Shown here: positions 1-7,124 of the stretch, one piece after another
How the letters are laid out: every line of letters begins with the position of its first letter
How positions within the stretch are numbered: the stretch's first letter is position 1
IMG/VR virus record: IMGVR_UViG_3300045738_001212
Coordinates: 93,998-157,997 of that record
DNA from: a virus
DNA: 64,000 nt
Strand: one strand, 5' to 3'
Position numbers and translations under genes: made by a program
The notes under the pieces: generated by a model
Databases searched by the model: none
What the model was told of the DNA's origin: nothing
What the model saw: only the letters and a program-made list of their open reading frames with translations

Positions 1-62
1 TTATCTTAACGATTTTCTTTGTTTCGTTTTGGACCCTCCAAAAAGTTAATCACGCAAAAGAA

Positions 63-335
63 ATGGCTCAAATAAAAAAAGAAAATATTTCATTACGAGG
101 AGCTCTAAGCGAGTCCGACAAAGCTATAGAAGATTCTTGGGAAGTGATTCAGCTTCAAGCCAAAACCTTACAAAAGTATGAAAACATCGTTGATAGAGCT
201 CAAAACGCTCTGAATACTCAAGCTAGATTTATCAACGACCTAGTAGAATACCTAAAAAAAATCAAACACTGGCCGCCGAAAGAACCAAGACCAGAAAGTG
301 ACCCTAGCAAATGGATAACCTTTACAAAGGAATAA
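63..335 (+). CDS. hypothetical coiled-coil protein
   Basis: 90 aa ORF directly upstream of the ClpP-like gene; helical, heptad-like composition. Confidence 0.6.
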   Translation: MAQIKKENISLRGALSESDKAIEDSWEVIQLQAKTLQKYENIVDRAQNALNTQARFINDLVEYLKKIKHWPPKEPRPESDPSKWITFTKE

Positions 336-339
336 AAAA

Positions 340-1068
340 ATGAGCGAAGAAAAAGACCACAGATCAAAAAAAGAAATCGCCGCTGATATTCTTCTCAAAG
401 AGGCCGAGGCAGCACTAAAGGTGGCCGAGGCAACCAAGGTGAACGCGGAAGCAAAAAAAGCCCAGTTCCACGCCCACGAAGCCGAACTCAAGTATCACGA
501 GACACGACTAAAGTATGACCGCGATCAAGCGGTAGACGAAAGAAACTTCCTTTACAGATTCGACGGTGGCGTCGATGCAAGCTCCGTGAAAGCGTGTATG
601 AAAAAGCTCACAGAATGGTCAAGGCTAAATTCGAAATGCGACATCGAAATTGTTTTCTCCTCCCCCGGAGGAAATATTATTGATGGGTTTGAATTATTTG
701 ATTTTATCCAAGAGTTAAGAGCTAAGGGGCACCACATAACAACAGGTTCCTTGGGCTATGCGGCGTCAATGGCTGGAATTCTATTGATGGCTGGAGACAC
801 TCGTTGGATCGGACATCAAAGTTGGATGATGATTCACCGAGCAGCCTTCGGAGCTTATGGAAAAACGTTTGAAATCGAAGACGAAGTTAAGTTCGTCAGA
901 AGAATTGAATCCAGAATCGTAAACATCTTTGCCCTAAGATCAAAGCTGACGAAACAAAAGATCAAGAGAAACTGGGATAGGAAAGACTGGTGGATTTCGG
1001 CAGATGAATGTCTAGAACTCAGCCTAGTTGATGAAATCAGAGGGATGATGCCTGAGTATAAGAAGTAA
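340..1068 (+). CDS. ClpP-family serine protease
   Basis: Motifs FSSPGG, GYAASMAGILLMAG (catalytic Ser), MMIH (His), DWWISADECLELSLVDEI; N-terminal coiled-coil extension. Confidence 0.9.
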   Translation: MSEEKDHRSKKEIAADILLKEAEAALKVAEATKVNAEAKKAQFHAHEAELKYHETRLKYDRDQAVDERNFLYRFDGGVDASSVKACMKKLTEWSRLNSKCDIEIVFSSPGGNIIDGFELFDFIQELRAKGHHITTGSLGYAASMAGILLMAGDTRWIGHQSWMMIHRAAFGAYGKTFEIEDEVKFVRRIESRIVNIFALRSKLTKQKIKRNWDRKDWWISADECLELSLVDEIRGMMPEYKK

Positions 1069-1069
1069 G

Positions 1070-1423
1070 TTACTTCTTCTTTTTCTTTAGCCACGGTGGG
1101 AGATTATTTCCGCCTTCCTTCTCCTCTCCCTTCTTGTCTCCCTTCTTGTCCCCTTTCTTGTCCCCTTTCTTGTCTCCCTTTTTCTTGAAGGGGTTTTCTT
1201 TGTTCTTCTTCGCGCTATCCTCTACAATTTTAACGCACTTCGTTTTGTCTTCGTTTACCTCGTAGCCCGAATTACATTTAGGTGGATAGCCCGCTTTCTG
1301 TTCAGCCCTAAGCTCCTCGATGGCCATTCGGACGCCCTCAACGTCCTCGGTAAAATCAATTTCCAAAGTGCCGCGTTCGTCCACTTTTTTTAACCAAGTC
1401 TTTTTGTTTTTATAGTCCCACAT
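1070..1423 (-). CDS. hypothetical Lys-rich protein with KKGD repeats
   Basis: 117 aa ORF with (KKGD)x4; preceded by GTGTATA motif. Confidence 0.75.
   Translation of the reverse strand: MWDYKNKKTWLKKVDERGTLEIDFTEDVEGVRMAIEELRAEQKAGYPPKCNSGYEVNEDKTKCVKIVEDSAKKNKENPFKKKGDKKGDKKGDKKGDKKGEEKEGGNNLPPWLKKKKK
1125..1184 (-). repeat. 12-bp tandem repeat encoding KKGD x4 plus KKGE
   Basis: Units of about ttcttgtc(c/t)cc(c/t) repeated on the + strand. Confidence 0.85.
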
Positions 1424-1457
1424 AATATTTTATACACAAAATTACCCACTTAGGGAA

Positions 1458-1503
1458 GAGAAGGGCACGGTACATAGAACTGGGTATGCACCGCACCCTC
1501 CTC
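1458..1503 (-). other. long RNA hairpin (about 19 bp stem, 8 nt loop) in 3' UTR
   Basis: Minus strand GAGGAGGGTGCGGTGCATA-cccagttc-TATGTACCGTGCCCTTCTC pairs fully only with G-U pairs, which favours the minus-strand RNA. Confidence 0.6.
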
Positions 1504-1537
1504 GTTTACTCGCCTACATGTCTTATTTCGGGCCTGT

Positions 1538-1702
1538 TTATTGGCCTGAATCTTTAGAACAAGAACACCCACAATCAGCCACCGAACAAGCACCAGACTC
1601 ACAACAATTTGCTGCGTCACAGTTACAGTTGGAACAACCAGAGCTTCCCCAGTTACAACCAATAGCCAATGCCATTACGAATAAAACTAAAATCTTTTTC
1701 AT
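1538..1702 (-). CDS. small Cys-rich lipoprotein (metallothionein-like or protease-inhibitor-like); not in ORF track
   Basis: Manual translation MKKILVLFVMALAIGCNWGSSGCSNCNCDAANCCESGACSVADCGCSCSKDSGQ*; lipobox-like AIGC; 10 Cys in 54 aa; ATG overlaps protease stop (TAATG). Confidence 0.8.
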   Translation of the reverse strand: MKKILVLFVMALAIGCNWGSSGCSNCNCDAANCCESGACSVADCGCSCSKDSGQ

Positions 1703-2643
1703 TATCTTTTATCCTGAATGATTATTACTTTAGGATAAATTACGCGCAACATGAATGGAAACATCTTCTTCACGGCTTCCTCCTCTGCGTCTTTGACCTC
1801 TTTTTTCTCTTTCGGCGTGTTTTCGACGGGCATTTTCTCTAATTCATCTTCGCTAGGCATTTCCACTGAACCGTCTAAGGCCCACATAATTTTGTGCTCC
1901 TGACAATACCCAACCATGCGGCGTATAGGTACGATTAAATTAAACCCTTCTCCCGCTCCTCTCACCAACATCCCCACGTATTTTGCATTTTCATCACGCT
2001 TTAAGAACACTCCGCCGCCGCTAGAGCCCGGAAACGCCGTACAAGTAGTCTGATCGAAGATGCGCTTGTTTAAATTTTTTAAAATTCTACCATGCTGAGA
2101 ATAGATTCCGTCCGTCATACTGTTTGCGCCTAATTGGCCTAGTAGAGAGCCAACGTGCAGAAGGTCTACGCCCAGTTCGGGAAGTTTCTTGTCGAGATAA
2201 AACGTTACTGAATCAGTTACGAAATTGAACTTACGAACTCGTAATAGTGCTAAATCATGCCCATCCGTAGCGTCACTATATTTTAATACTTCCGCATCCA
2301 TTTGAAGACGGCCAACGGTTCTGCCGTTTTGCCTGATTTCCTTAATGATTACTGGGTCTTTGAATTCTACTAGAGTTTTGGTTAAACCTTCAACTAACAC
2401 CTTCCTTTCGGATCGAAGATTGCCCACAACATGAGCGGCGGTCCAAACAAAGTTCACCAAGTCCCCTTTAGAGTTCTTCCTAGAGAAGATCACCCCCGAG
2501 CCTTCGCTCGCGCTAAATGCGCCTTCTGCCCTAATCGTTACGGATACGTTTTGGAGATGTTCTGCTGTAGACTGCTTTTTCTCTGCTCCGTACAGTGTTC
2601 CTGTAAGGATGAGACCTAACGTAAAGGCTTTTAGAGCTTTCAT
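1702..2643 (-). CDS. secreted trypsin-like (S1) serine protease
   Basis: Triad motifs TAAHV, DLALL, GSSGG; N-terminal signal peptide MKALKAFTLGLILTGTLYG. Confidence 0.9.
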   Translation of the reverse strand: MKALKAFTLGLILTGTLYGAEKKQSTAEHLQNVSVTIRAEGAFSASEGSGVIFSRKNSKGDLVNFVWTAAHVVGNLRSERKVLVEGLTKTLVEFKDPVIIKEIRQNGRTVGRLQMDAEVLKYSDATDGHDLALLRVRKFNFVTDSVTFYLDKKLPELGVDLLHVGSLLGQLGANSMTDGIYSQHGRILKNLNKRIFDQTTCTAFPGSSGGGVFLKRDENAKYVGMLVRGAGEGFNLIVPIRRMVGYCQEHKIMWALDGSVEMPSEDELEKMPVENTPKEKKEVKDAEEEAVKKMFPFMLRVIYPKVIIIQDKR

Positions 2644-2699
2644 AGTAAAAGATACTCCTTATTCTAGGGAAACTCTTTGCAAAGTTCTAAGGAAAATGC

Positions 2700-2707
2700 G
2701 TGTAATT
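2700..2707 (+). promoter_or_regulatory. GTGTAW candidate phage late promoter
   Basis: GTGTAATT 12 nt (from hexamer end) before ATG 2718; motif recurs upstream of many genes. Confidence 0.55.
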
Positions 2708-2717
2708 AAAATTAGAG

Positions 2718-3056
2718 ATGAATTTAATTATAACTGCCAATCTATCTACAGACCCCCCCTCTGAAGGGCTTTACTTTCGTTTCCTTACGATGGTGGCCAA
2801 AAAAGACCTGAGTTATGATATAGCCTTGGAAGCGGACAAGGAAATTATTGATTTTTATTATCATTTTTTGAAAAAAAGAGGCTGGTTTGATTTCGTGGAC
2901 GGTTTCGTAACTCCAGAAGAAAAAGAAGAAGGAATAAGAATCGACACTGAACTAACTTATCCGATGACAATACGAACAAAGAATATCAGGTGTGAAAATA
3001 CGCCCAACCTGATAGGGCAAATAAAGTCCTTAAGGGATATAGATATTAATTTTTAA
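2718..3056 (+). CDS. hypothetical protein
   Basis: 112 aa ORF preceded by GTGTAA motif. Confidence 0.7.
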   Translation: MNLIITANLSTDPPSEGLYFRFLTMVAKKDLSYDIALEADKEIIDFYYHFLKKRGWFDFVDGFVTPEEKEEGIRIDTELTYPMTIRTKNIRCENTPNLIGQIKSLRDIDINF

Positions 3057-3075
3057 GAGCGTCAATTTTTTCTTC

Positions 3076-3174
3076 TTAAGAGGCCAATATTGTTAATACC
3101 CACGCTAGAAAAACGCCAAAGCCAAAGGCTAAAAGTCCAGCTAGTACACAGAGTCTTGCGGTTTTCCAAGACAT
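3076..3174 (-). CDS. 32 aa single-TM peptide; not in ORF track
   Basis: MSWKTARLCVLAGLLAFGFGVFLAWVLTILAS*, starting 4 nt after the upstream stop. Confidence 0.55.
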   Translation of the reverse strand: MSWKTARLCVLAGLLAFGFGVFLAWVLTILAS

Positions 3175-3178
3175 AGGC

Positions 3179-3463
3179 TTATTTTTTAAGTCCGTCTATC
3201 TTTTCTTCCAGACGGTCAAACCTGTCATTCATGCGCTCTGAGAACATTTTGAAATCTGATTTGCTAACGTACTTTTCTGGTAGGGAAAGAGCTAGGTCGT
3301 TGTGTTTTTCTCTTAGCTTATCGATATCGACGTGATGGTTTTTCATCAAATCATGATGCTCACCTTTGATTTCGTTCAAGGTGCCAAGAATCATTTTGAA
3401 AATCCACCCCCCCATAAGCGTAATCACAGCTACGGCTATATTGACAAGAATTTGGTAGTCCAT
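3179..3463 (-). CDS. membrane protein with N-terminal TM and coiled coil (holin-like architecture)
   Basis: Hydrophobic residues 5-26, LPEKYVSKSDF then a charged coiled-coil tail; GTGTAA at 3472-3477 upstream. Confidence 0.65.
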   Translation of the reverse strand: MDYQILVNIAVAVITLMGGWIFKMILGTLNEIKGEHHDLMKNHHVDIDKLREKHNDLALSLPEKYVSKSDFKMFSERMNDRFDRLEEKIDGLKK

Positions 3464-3504
3464 ACCTTTACTTACACTTAAAGAAGAGTGAGCTAAAATA
3501 TTTT

Positions 3505-3882
3505 TTAGACCAACTCAAGAATCGATATCGCTGTAGCGTAGTCCGTACAATGAGCCATAGATAGATGACATGTGTAGCCGTTTTTTTTAATTTTTTTTCC
3601 TATCTCGTTCCTGAATTTGATAAACGGTTTTCCTTTGTCGTTATTGCACACTACAATATCCTTCCAATCTAGGGCTTTACCAAAGCCAACACCCAAAGCC
3701 TTAGCCGTGGCTTCTTTTGCGGCAAATCGAACAGCGTAATGTTGAGCCGAATTGTCATACTGGCCACAGTACTTTTTTTCTGACGACGTGAATACCCTAT
3801 TAAGGAACTTGTCGCCATATTTTTGCTCCATTCTACGTACTCTGGGTATGCTTATTGCGTCTGTGCCCGTTCCAATGATCAT
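3505..3882 (-). CDS. acpS: holo-[acyl-carrier-protein] synthase (4'-phosphopantetheinyl transferase)
   Basis: IIGTGTD start, RVFTSSE, RFAAKEATAKALG, GKPFI, HLSMAH motifs; 125 aa. Confidence 0.93.
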   Translation of the reverse strand: MIIGTGTDAISIPRVRRMEQKYGDKFLNRVFTSSEKKYCGQYDNSAQHYAVRFAAKEATAKALGVGFGKALDWKDIVVCNNDKGKPFIKFRNEIGKKIKKNGYTCHLSMAHCTDYATAISILELV

Positions 3883-3900
3883 TTTTTTGTCCTTTTAAGA

Positions 3901-3929
3901 AGTTTACCCTGACTTTGGAATAAAAGCAA
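3901..3929 (-). promoter_or_regulatory. sigma70-like promoter of acpS
   Basis: TTGCTT-17-TAAACT on minus strand. Confidence 0.5.
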
Positions 3930-3957
3930 GAAATTATAAAAAAGTGTAACTGTTAGT

Positions 3958-4173
3958 ATGTATTATTACGCTTGCCCATATTGCGACCCAAGTAGCAAGG
4001 CTCATCTAAAAATAGTGATAACCGAAGCGGTGGGCTGCAAATATGACAATGAAGATGTTTGCGAAGAAAAGCACAAGTGCAAAGAGACAATGGAATGCAA
4101 AGTGTGTCAAAACCGATTCAAAATCACTAAAAGTTTTTTAAAATCACAGAAGAGGAAAATAAAAGACGGATAA
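3958..4173 (+). CDS. small Zn-finger-like protein
   Basis: CPYC and CKVC plus further Cys; GTGTAA at 3944-3949 upstream. Confidence 0.65.
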   Translation: MYYYACPYCDPSSKAHLKIVITEAVGCKYDNEDVCEEKHKCKETMECKVCQNRFKITKSFLKSQKRKIKDG

Positions 4174-4178
4174 ACTCC

Positions 4179-4207
4179 TTGACAACAGCCCCAAGCCGTG
4201 CTATCAT
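4179..4207 (+). promoter_or_regulatory. sigma70-like promoter
   Basis: TTGACA-17-TATCAT with extended TG. Confidence 0.7.
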
Positions 4208-4216
4208 CCTTGTGAT

Positions 4217-4420
4217 ATGAATGACCCTACGACACAACTACCTCATTACAAGCTAAAGTATCGGAACGCCGAGGGCAAGGTAAGAGAACACGACATCAGT
4301 CAACCATTCGACTCTGTGATGAACAAAGGCGAACGAGTTGGATTCGTGGCTTACAGCTACGGCAGGGGCATCCGCTCATTCCGAAACGATAGGATTCTTG
4401 AGATGAGTCCTACGGCATAA
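4217..4420 (+). CDS. stand-alone WYL-like domain protein
   Basis: LKYRNAEGK and AYSYGRGIRSFRNDRI resemble the WYL pattern Y-x3-G ... RxFRxDRI. Confidence 0.6.
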   Translation: MNDPTTQLPHYKLKYRNAEGKVREHDISQPFDSVMNKGERVGFVAYSYGRGIRSFRNDRILEMSPTA

Positions 4421-4423
4421 AGC

Positions 4424-4498
4424 TGGTAGCCCGTAGGGGAATCGAACCCCTCTCTCAGCCTTGAAAGGGCCGTGTCCTGTCCGCTAGACGAACGGGCC
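4424..4498 (-). tRNA. tRNA-Glu(TTC)
   Basis: GGCCCGTTCGTCTAGCGG...CTTTCAA loop...GGTTCGATTCC...CCA. Confidence 0.95.
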
Positions 4499-4500
4499 AA

Positions 4501-4576
4501 TGGTGGAGGTAATCGGACTTGAACCGATGACATCCTGCTTGCAAAGCAGGTGCTCTCCCAACTGAGCTATACCCCC
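4501..4576 (-). tRNA. tRNA-Ala(TGC)
   Basis: GGGGGTATAGCTCAGTTGGGAGAGC...TTTGCAA loop...GGTTCAAGTCC...CCA; G3-U70 present. Confidence 0.96.
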
Positions 4577-4578
4577 AC

Positions 4579-4654
4579 TGGAGCCGAAGACCGGACTCGA
4601 ACCGATAACCTGTGGTTTACAAAACCACTGCTCTGCCATTGAAGCTACTTCGGC
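4579..4654 (-). tRNA. tRNA-Thr(TGT)
   Basis: GCCGAAGTAGCTTCAATGG...GTGGT-TTTGTAA-ACCAC...GGTTCGAGTCC...CCA. Confidence 0.95.
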
Positions 4655-4723
4655 GTCAAACCACCAGCCACACTTCGGGTACTTTCTCACGCGACAAGAG
4701 TTACTTTAAACTTTCGCTATGTC

Positions 4724-4750
4724 AAAACAAAAACCCCGCCGAAGCGGGGT
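4724..4750 (-). terminator. intrinsic terminator
   Basis: Minus strand ACCCCGC-TTCG-GCGGGGT followed by TTTTGTTTT; cUUCGg tetraloop. Confidence 0.85.
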
Positions 4751-4839
4751 CTGGGTTAAGACGCCGATTAGCTAGTCCGGTCTTTCCTTGCCGCAACAAG
4801 GACGTGCAAGCTCACACTACGTCTGGGGAAAAATGCTTT

Positions 4840-5112
4840 TTACAGCCACTTCCACCTGTCTTTTAGGTCCAGCAATAAACGGACGACCCCAACTAAGAGA
4901 GCCCCCCAAGCGATTACAGTCCAAGGCACAATGGATGGACATAACATAGCCAAGCCAAAGAGCACAAGCCCTATGGACCAAAGCGTATGAGTATTCCATT
5001 CGAGCCAGTTCAGTAAACCTTCTCCCCAGCCCTTGAGTTTGTCCCAGTACCTTCTCAAAATAGAGGGTTTCTGAGCCTTTTTTCTAGTTTTTCTTTTCTT
5101 TGTCGTTTTCAT
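4840..5112 (-). CDS. small membrane protein (basic N-terminus, 2 TM)
   Basis: Two hydrophobic segments; GGAGG upstream; GTGTAA at 5148-5153. Confidence 0.7.
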   Translation of the reverse strand: MKTTKKRKTRKKAQKPSILRRYWDKLKGWGEGLLNWLEWNTHTLWSIGLVLFGLAMLCPSIVPWTVIAWGALLVGVVRLLLDLKDRWKWL

Positions 5113-5147
5113 GATAAAATACCTCCCGTCAAAGGAGGCTCATTTAA

Positions 5148-5166
5148 TTACACTAAAAAAGTGTAA
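5148..5166. promoter_or_regulatory. back-to-back GTGTAA candidate late promoters
   Basis: TTACAC (5148-5153) and GTGTAA (5161-5166) between divergent ORFs. Confidence 0.6.
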
Positions 5167-5174
5167 TACTTTAC

Positions 5175-5402
5175 GTGAACCTCACGATAAATTCATATCC
5201 TGTGGTCTTTCAGCCCGATCTAGACAACGGCTTTTGGATGCAGGAGAAGATCATAATTCATGATTCCCAAGGCTCCTTGGGTGAATCAGGGATTAGGTTG
5301 ATTATCCAATACCTATACGATGAGGGCTTCATACTAGACAGAAGAGCTCCTTATGAAGTGGTACGAGCGGAAGGGATCGAACCTCCGACAAGCACGGTGT
5401 AA
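5175..5402 (+). CDS. hypothetical protein
   Basis: 75 aa, GTG start 8 nt after GTGTAA; 3' end overlaps antisense tRNA-Val. Confidence 0.55.
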   Translation: MNLTINSYPVVFQPDLDNGFWMQEKIIIHDSQGSLGESGIRLIIQYLYDEGFILDRRAPYEVVRAEGIEPPTSTV

Positions 5403-5433
5403 ACGTGCCGCTCTACCTCTGAGCTACGCTCGC
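5359..5433 (-). tRNA. tRNA-Val(TAC)
   Basis: GCGAGCGTAGCTCAGAGGTAGAGC...GCACG-TTTACAC-CGTGC...GGTTCGATCC...CCA. Confidence 0.93.
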
Positions 5434-5459
5434 AAAAAAAAAGGCCCGATAAACGGGCC
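5434..5459 (-). terminator. intrinsic terminator
   Basis: Minus strand GGCCCG-TTTAT-CGGGCC followed by a long T tract. Confidence 0.75.
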
Positions 5460-5471
5460 AGCCCTCTCGGG

Positions 5472-5756
5472 CTACTCCTTCTCTCGCGTGGGAAGAGCGG
5501 GTTGCTCTCCTTGAGATTCGGTAGCCGCTGGGGTCTGTGGAGTTGCCTTTAGGGACAGCGGCGTTGTTGACGCTGATGACTCCGTAAGACTATCAATTTG
5601 AGCTTGAGTGGCCTGAGTCATATTAAGGACTACGTAGCCAGTGAGACAAAAGTTAAGAGCTAGGAGAACTATAGCGGCTCTCGCGTAAACGGTCTTAACT
5701 GTTGTGAACTTGTTGCCGCCGCTAGTGCTGCAACTTTCTGTGTTTGTTGTTGTCAT
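5472..5756 (-). CDS. single-TM protein with Ser/Thr/Pro-rich tail
   Basis: Likely start ATG 5756 overlapping the upstream stop (ATGA); hydrophobic AAIVLLALNFCLTGYVVL. Confidence 0.65.
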   Translation of the reverse strand: MTTTNTESCSTSGGNKFTTVKTVYARAAIVLLALNFCLTGYVVLNMTQATQAQIDSLTESSASTTPLSLKATPQTPAATESQGEQPALPTREKE

Positions 5757-5956
5757 GGTTTTTTTTGTTCTACGACGACTGGTCGCAAAGTCTTGTACTT
5801 CCAAATATCCGGGTTCTCCTCTCTTTTCCTCCTCATGTAGTCGCGCTTCTGCTGACGCCTTCTTTCGGGGTCTCTCGAATCATACGCTTTCCTTGCTTTC
5901 TGTAAAGCTTTTTTTCCTTTTATTGTTTTAAAATATTTTTTAGTAGCTCCACTCAT
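5753..5956 (-). CDS. small basic helical protein
   Basis: 67 aa Lys/Arg-rich ORF coupled to the downstream gene. Confidence 0.55.
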   Translation of the reverse strand: MSGATKKYFKTIKGKKALQKARKAYDSRDPERRRQQKRDYMRRKREENPDIWKYKTLRPVVVEQKKP

Positions 5957-6019
5957 GATATATCGTCCACCATGTTTCTTTTTCTTCGTTCGGTTAAAAT
6001 TTTATTTTTTTAATAACGG

Positions 6020-6093
6020 CAGGAGAGGTGGGACTCGAACCCACAACCCTCGGTTTAGAAGACCGATGCTCTATCCAATTGAGCTACTCCCCC
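6020..6093 (-). tRNA. tRNA-Arg(TCT); 3' end reads CCG rather than CCA
   Basis: GGGGGAGTAGCTCAATTGGATAGAGC...TCGGT-CTTCTAA-ACCGA...GGTTCGAGTCC. Confidence 0.92.
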
Positions 6094-6099
6094 TAAACT

Positions 6100-6173
6100 T
6101 GGAGCGAGCGAAGGGGATCGAACCCTCATCAAGAGCTTGGAAGGCTCCCGCACTACCGTTGTGCTACACTCGC
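6100..6173 (-). tRNA. tRNA-Gly(TCC)
   Basis: GCGAGTGTAGCACAACGGTAGTGC...GGAGC-CTTCCAA-GCTCT...GGTTCGATCC...CCA; 5' end overlaps the last codons of the epimerase gene. Confidence 0.93.
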
Positions 6174-7028
6174 AAGGGCCAAGTGGTCCCTGTATTTTTT
6201 TGTCCCTGATTCTACATCGAACTCAGGCGTCCAGCCAAGTAATCTTTTGTCCTTATCTGCACAGGTGTAGTGCTGGTACCAAGAGGGAATCTTGTCCGAC
6301 CTGTGATGTTTATATTCCAATCCCATTCCATCAAGCAGCGACTCAAATGTCCGAGCTTCTCCATAACCAATCTCATAGACTCCCTTTTTAGCTGTTACGG
6401 CGTGAAGGTTAGCCTCGATAACGTCATCGATATAAATAAAATCTCTTTGGGGTTGCGTAGGAAACAGCCTAAAAAAAGAATCCTTTTGAATCAAAGAACC
6501 AACCTCCTGCCTCAAACGTATCCGTTGGTTCACGGCAGCTTTTCCCATAGCTCTTTCCCAAGCCTGATACGCCACCGAAGCCATGCGCCCCTTGCATTCT
6601 TCTCCCGGCCCGTAAACATTAAAATATCTTAACGAGACAAATTCGTCACACTTAACTATGCCATATTCTTCGGCAATCAACTTAGACCAACCGTAAATAT
6701 TATTTGGGGTGTCGCCGTCGCCAAGACAGGCCGCAGACGACGAATATATAACTTTCTTGTTGTGGGTTTGAGCTAAGTTGAATAACTCTTTGCTCGCGGA
6801 ATAATTGTACCGCATCATTTTCCCCATGTCTTGCAATGAGGTATCTGACATGGCTCCGACATGAAAAATTATGTCTGCTCGCTCTACCATACGACCCAAC
6901 ACCTTGTCGCGAAGGCCGTTGTCGAAAAGCTGCTTCCCTACCGTGTCTACGGTATAGTTTAAGGCTCTTAGCTTTTCCAACAAACGCTTGCCGATGAATC
7001 CTTCGTGACCCGTTAGCAATATTTTCAT
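6153..7028 (-). CDS. NAD-dependent epimerase, ADP-L-glycero-D-manno-heptose 6-epimerase (HldD/RfaD)-like
   Basis: TGHEGFIG, FHVGAMSDT, YSSSAA, YGWSK (YxxxK), LRYFNVYGPGEECKGRMASV. Confidence 0.85.
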   Translation of the reverse strand: MKILLTGHEGFIGKRLLEKLRALNYTVDTVGKQLFDNGLRDKVLGRMVERADIIFHVGAMSDTSLQDMGKMMRYNYSASKELFNLAQTHNKKVIYSSSAACLGDGDTPNNIYGWSKLIAEEYGIVKCDEFVSLRYFNVYGPGEECKGRMASVAYQAWERAMGKAAVNQRIRLRQEVGSLIQKDSFFRLFPTQPQRDFIYIDDVIEANLHAVTAKKGVYEIGYGEARTFESLLDGMGLEYKHHRSDKIPSWYQHYTCADKDKRLLGWTPEFDVESGTKKYRDHLALASVAQR

Positions 7029-7124
7029 AACAAAAAGTAAAATTTTAGTATCCTACTCGGAATGAGTTGTCTCATATTAAGACCTTTTTCTCGTATCTAC
7101 TTTCGTACTTATAATTACACCTTT

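Noticed and set aside
1450-1721. Track ORFs 1450..1662(-) and 1518..1721(+)
   Set aside because: They are alternative frames of the better-supported lipoprotein ORF 1538..1702.
4484-4866. ORFs 4484..4690(-) and 4612..4866(+), and similarly 5955..6209(+)
   Set aside because: They run across clear tRNA genes and are shadow ORFs.
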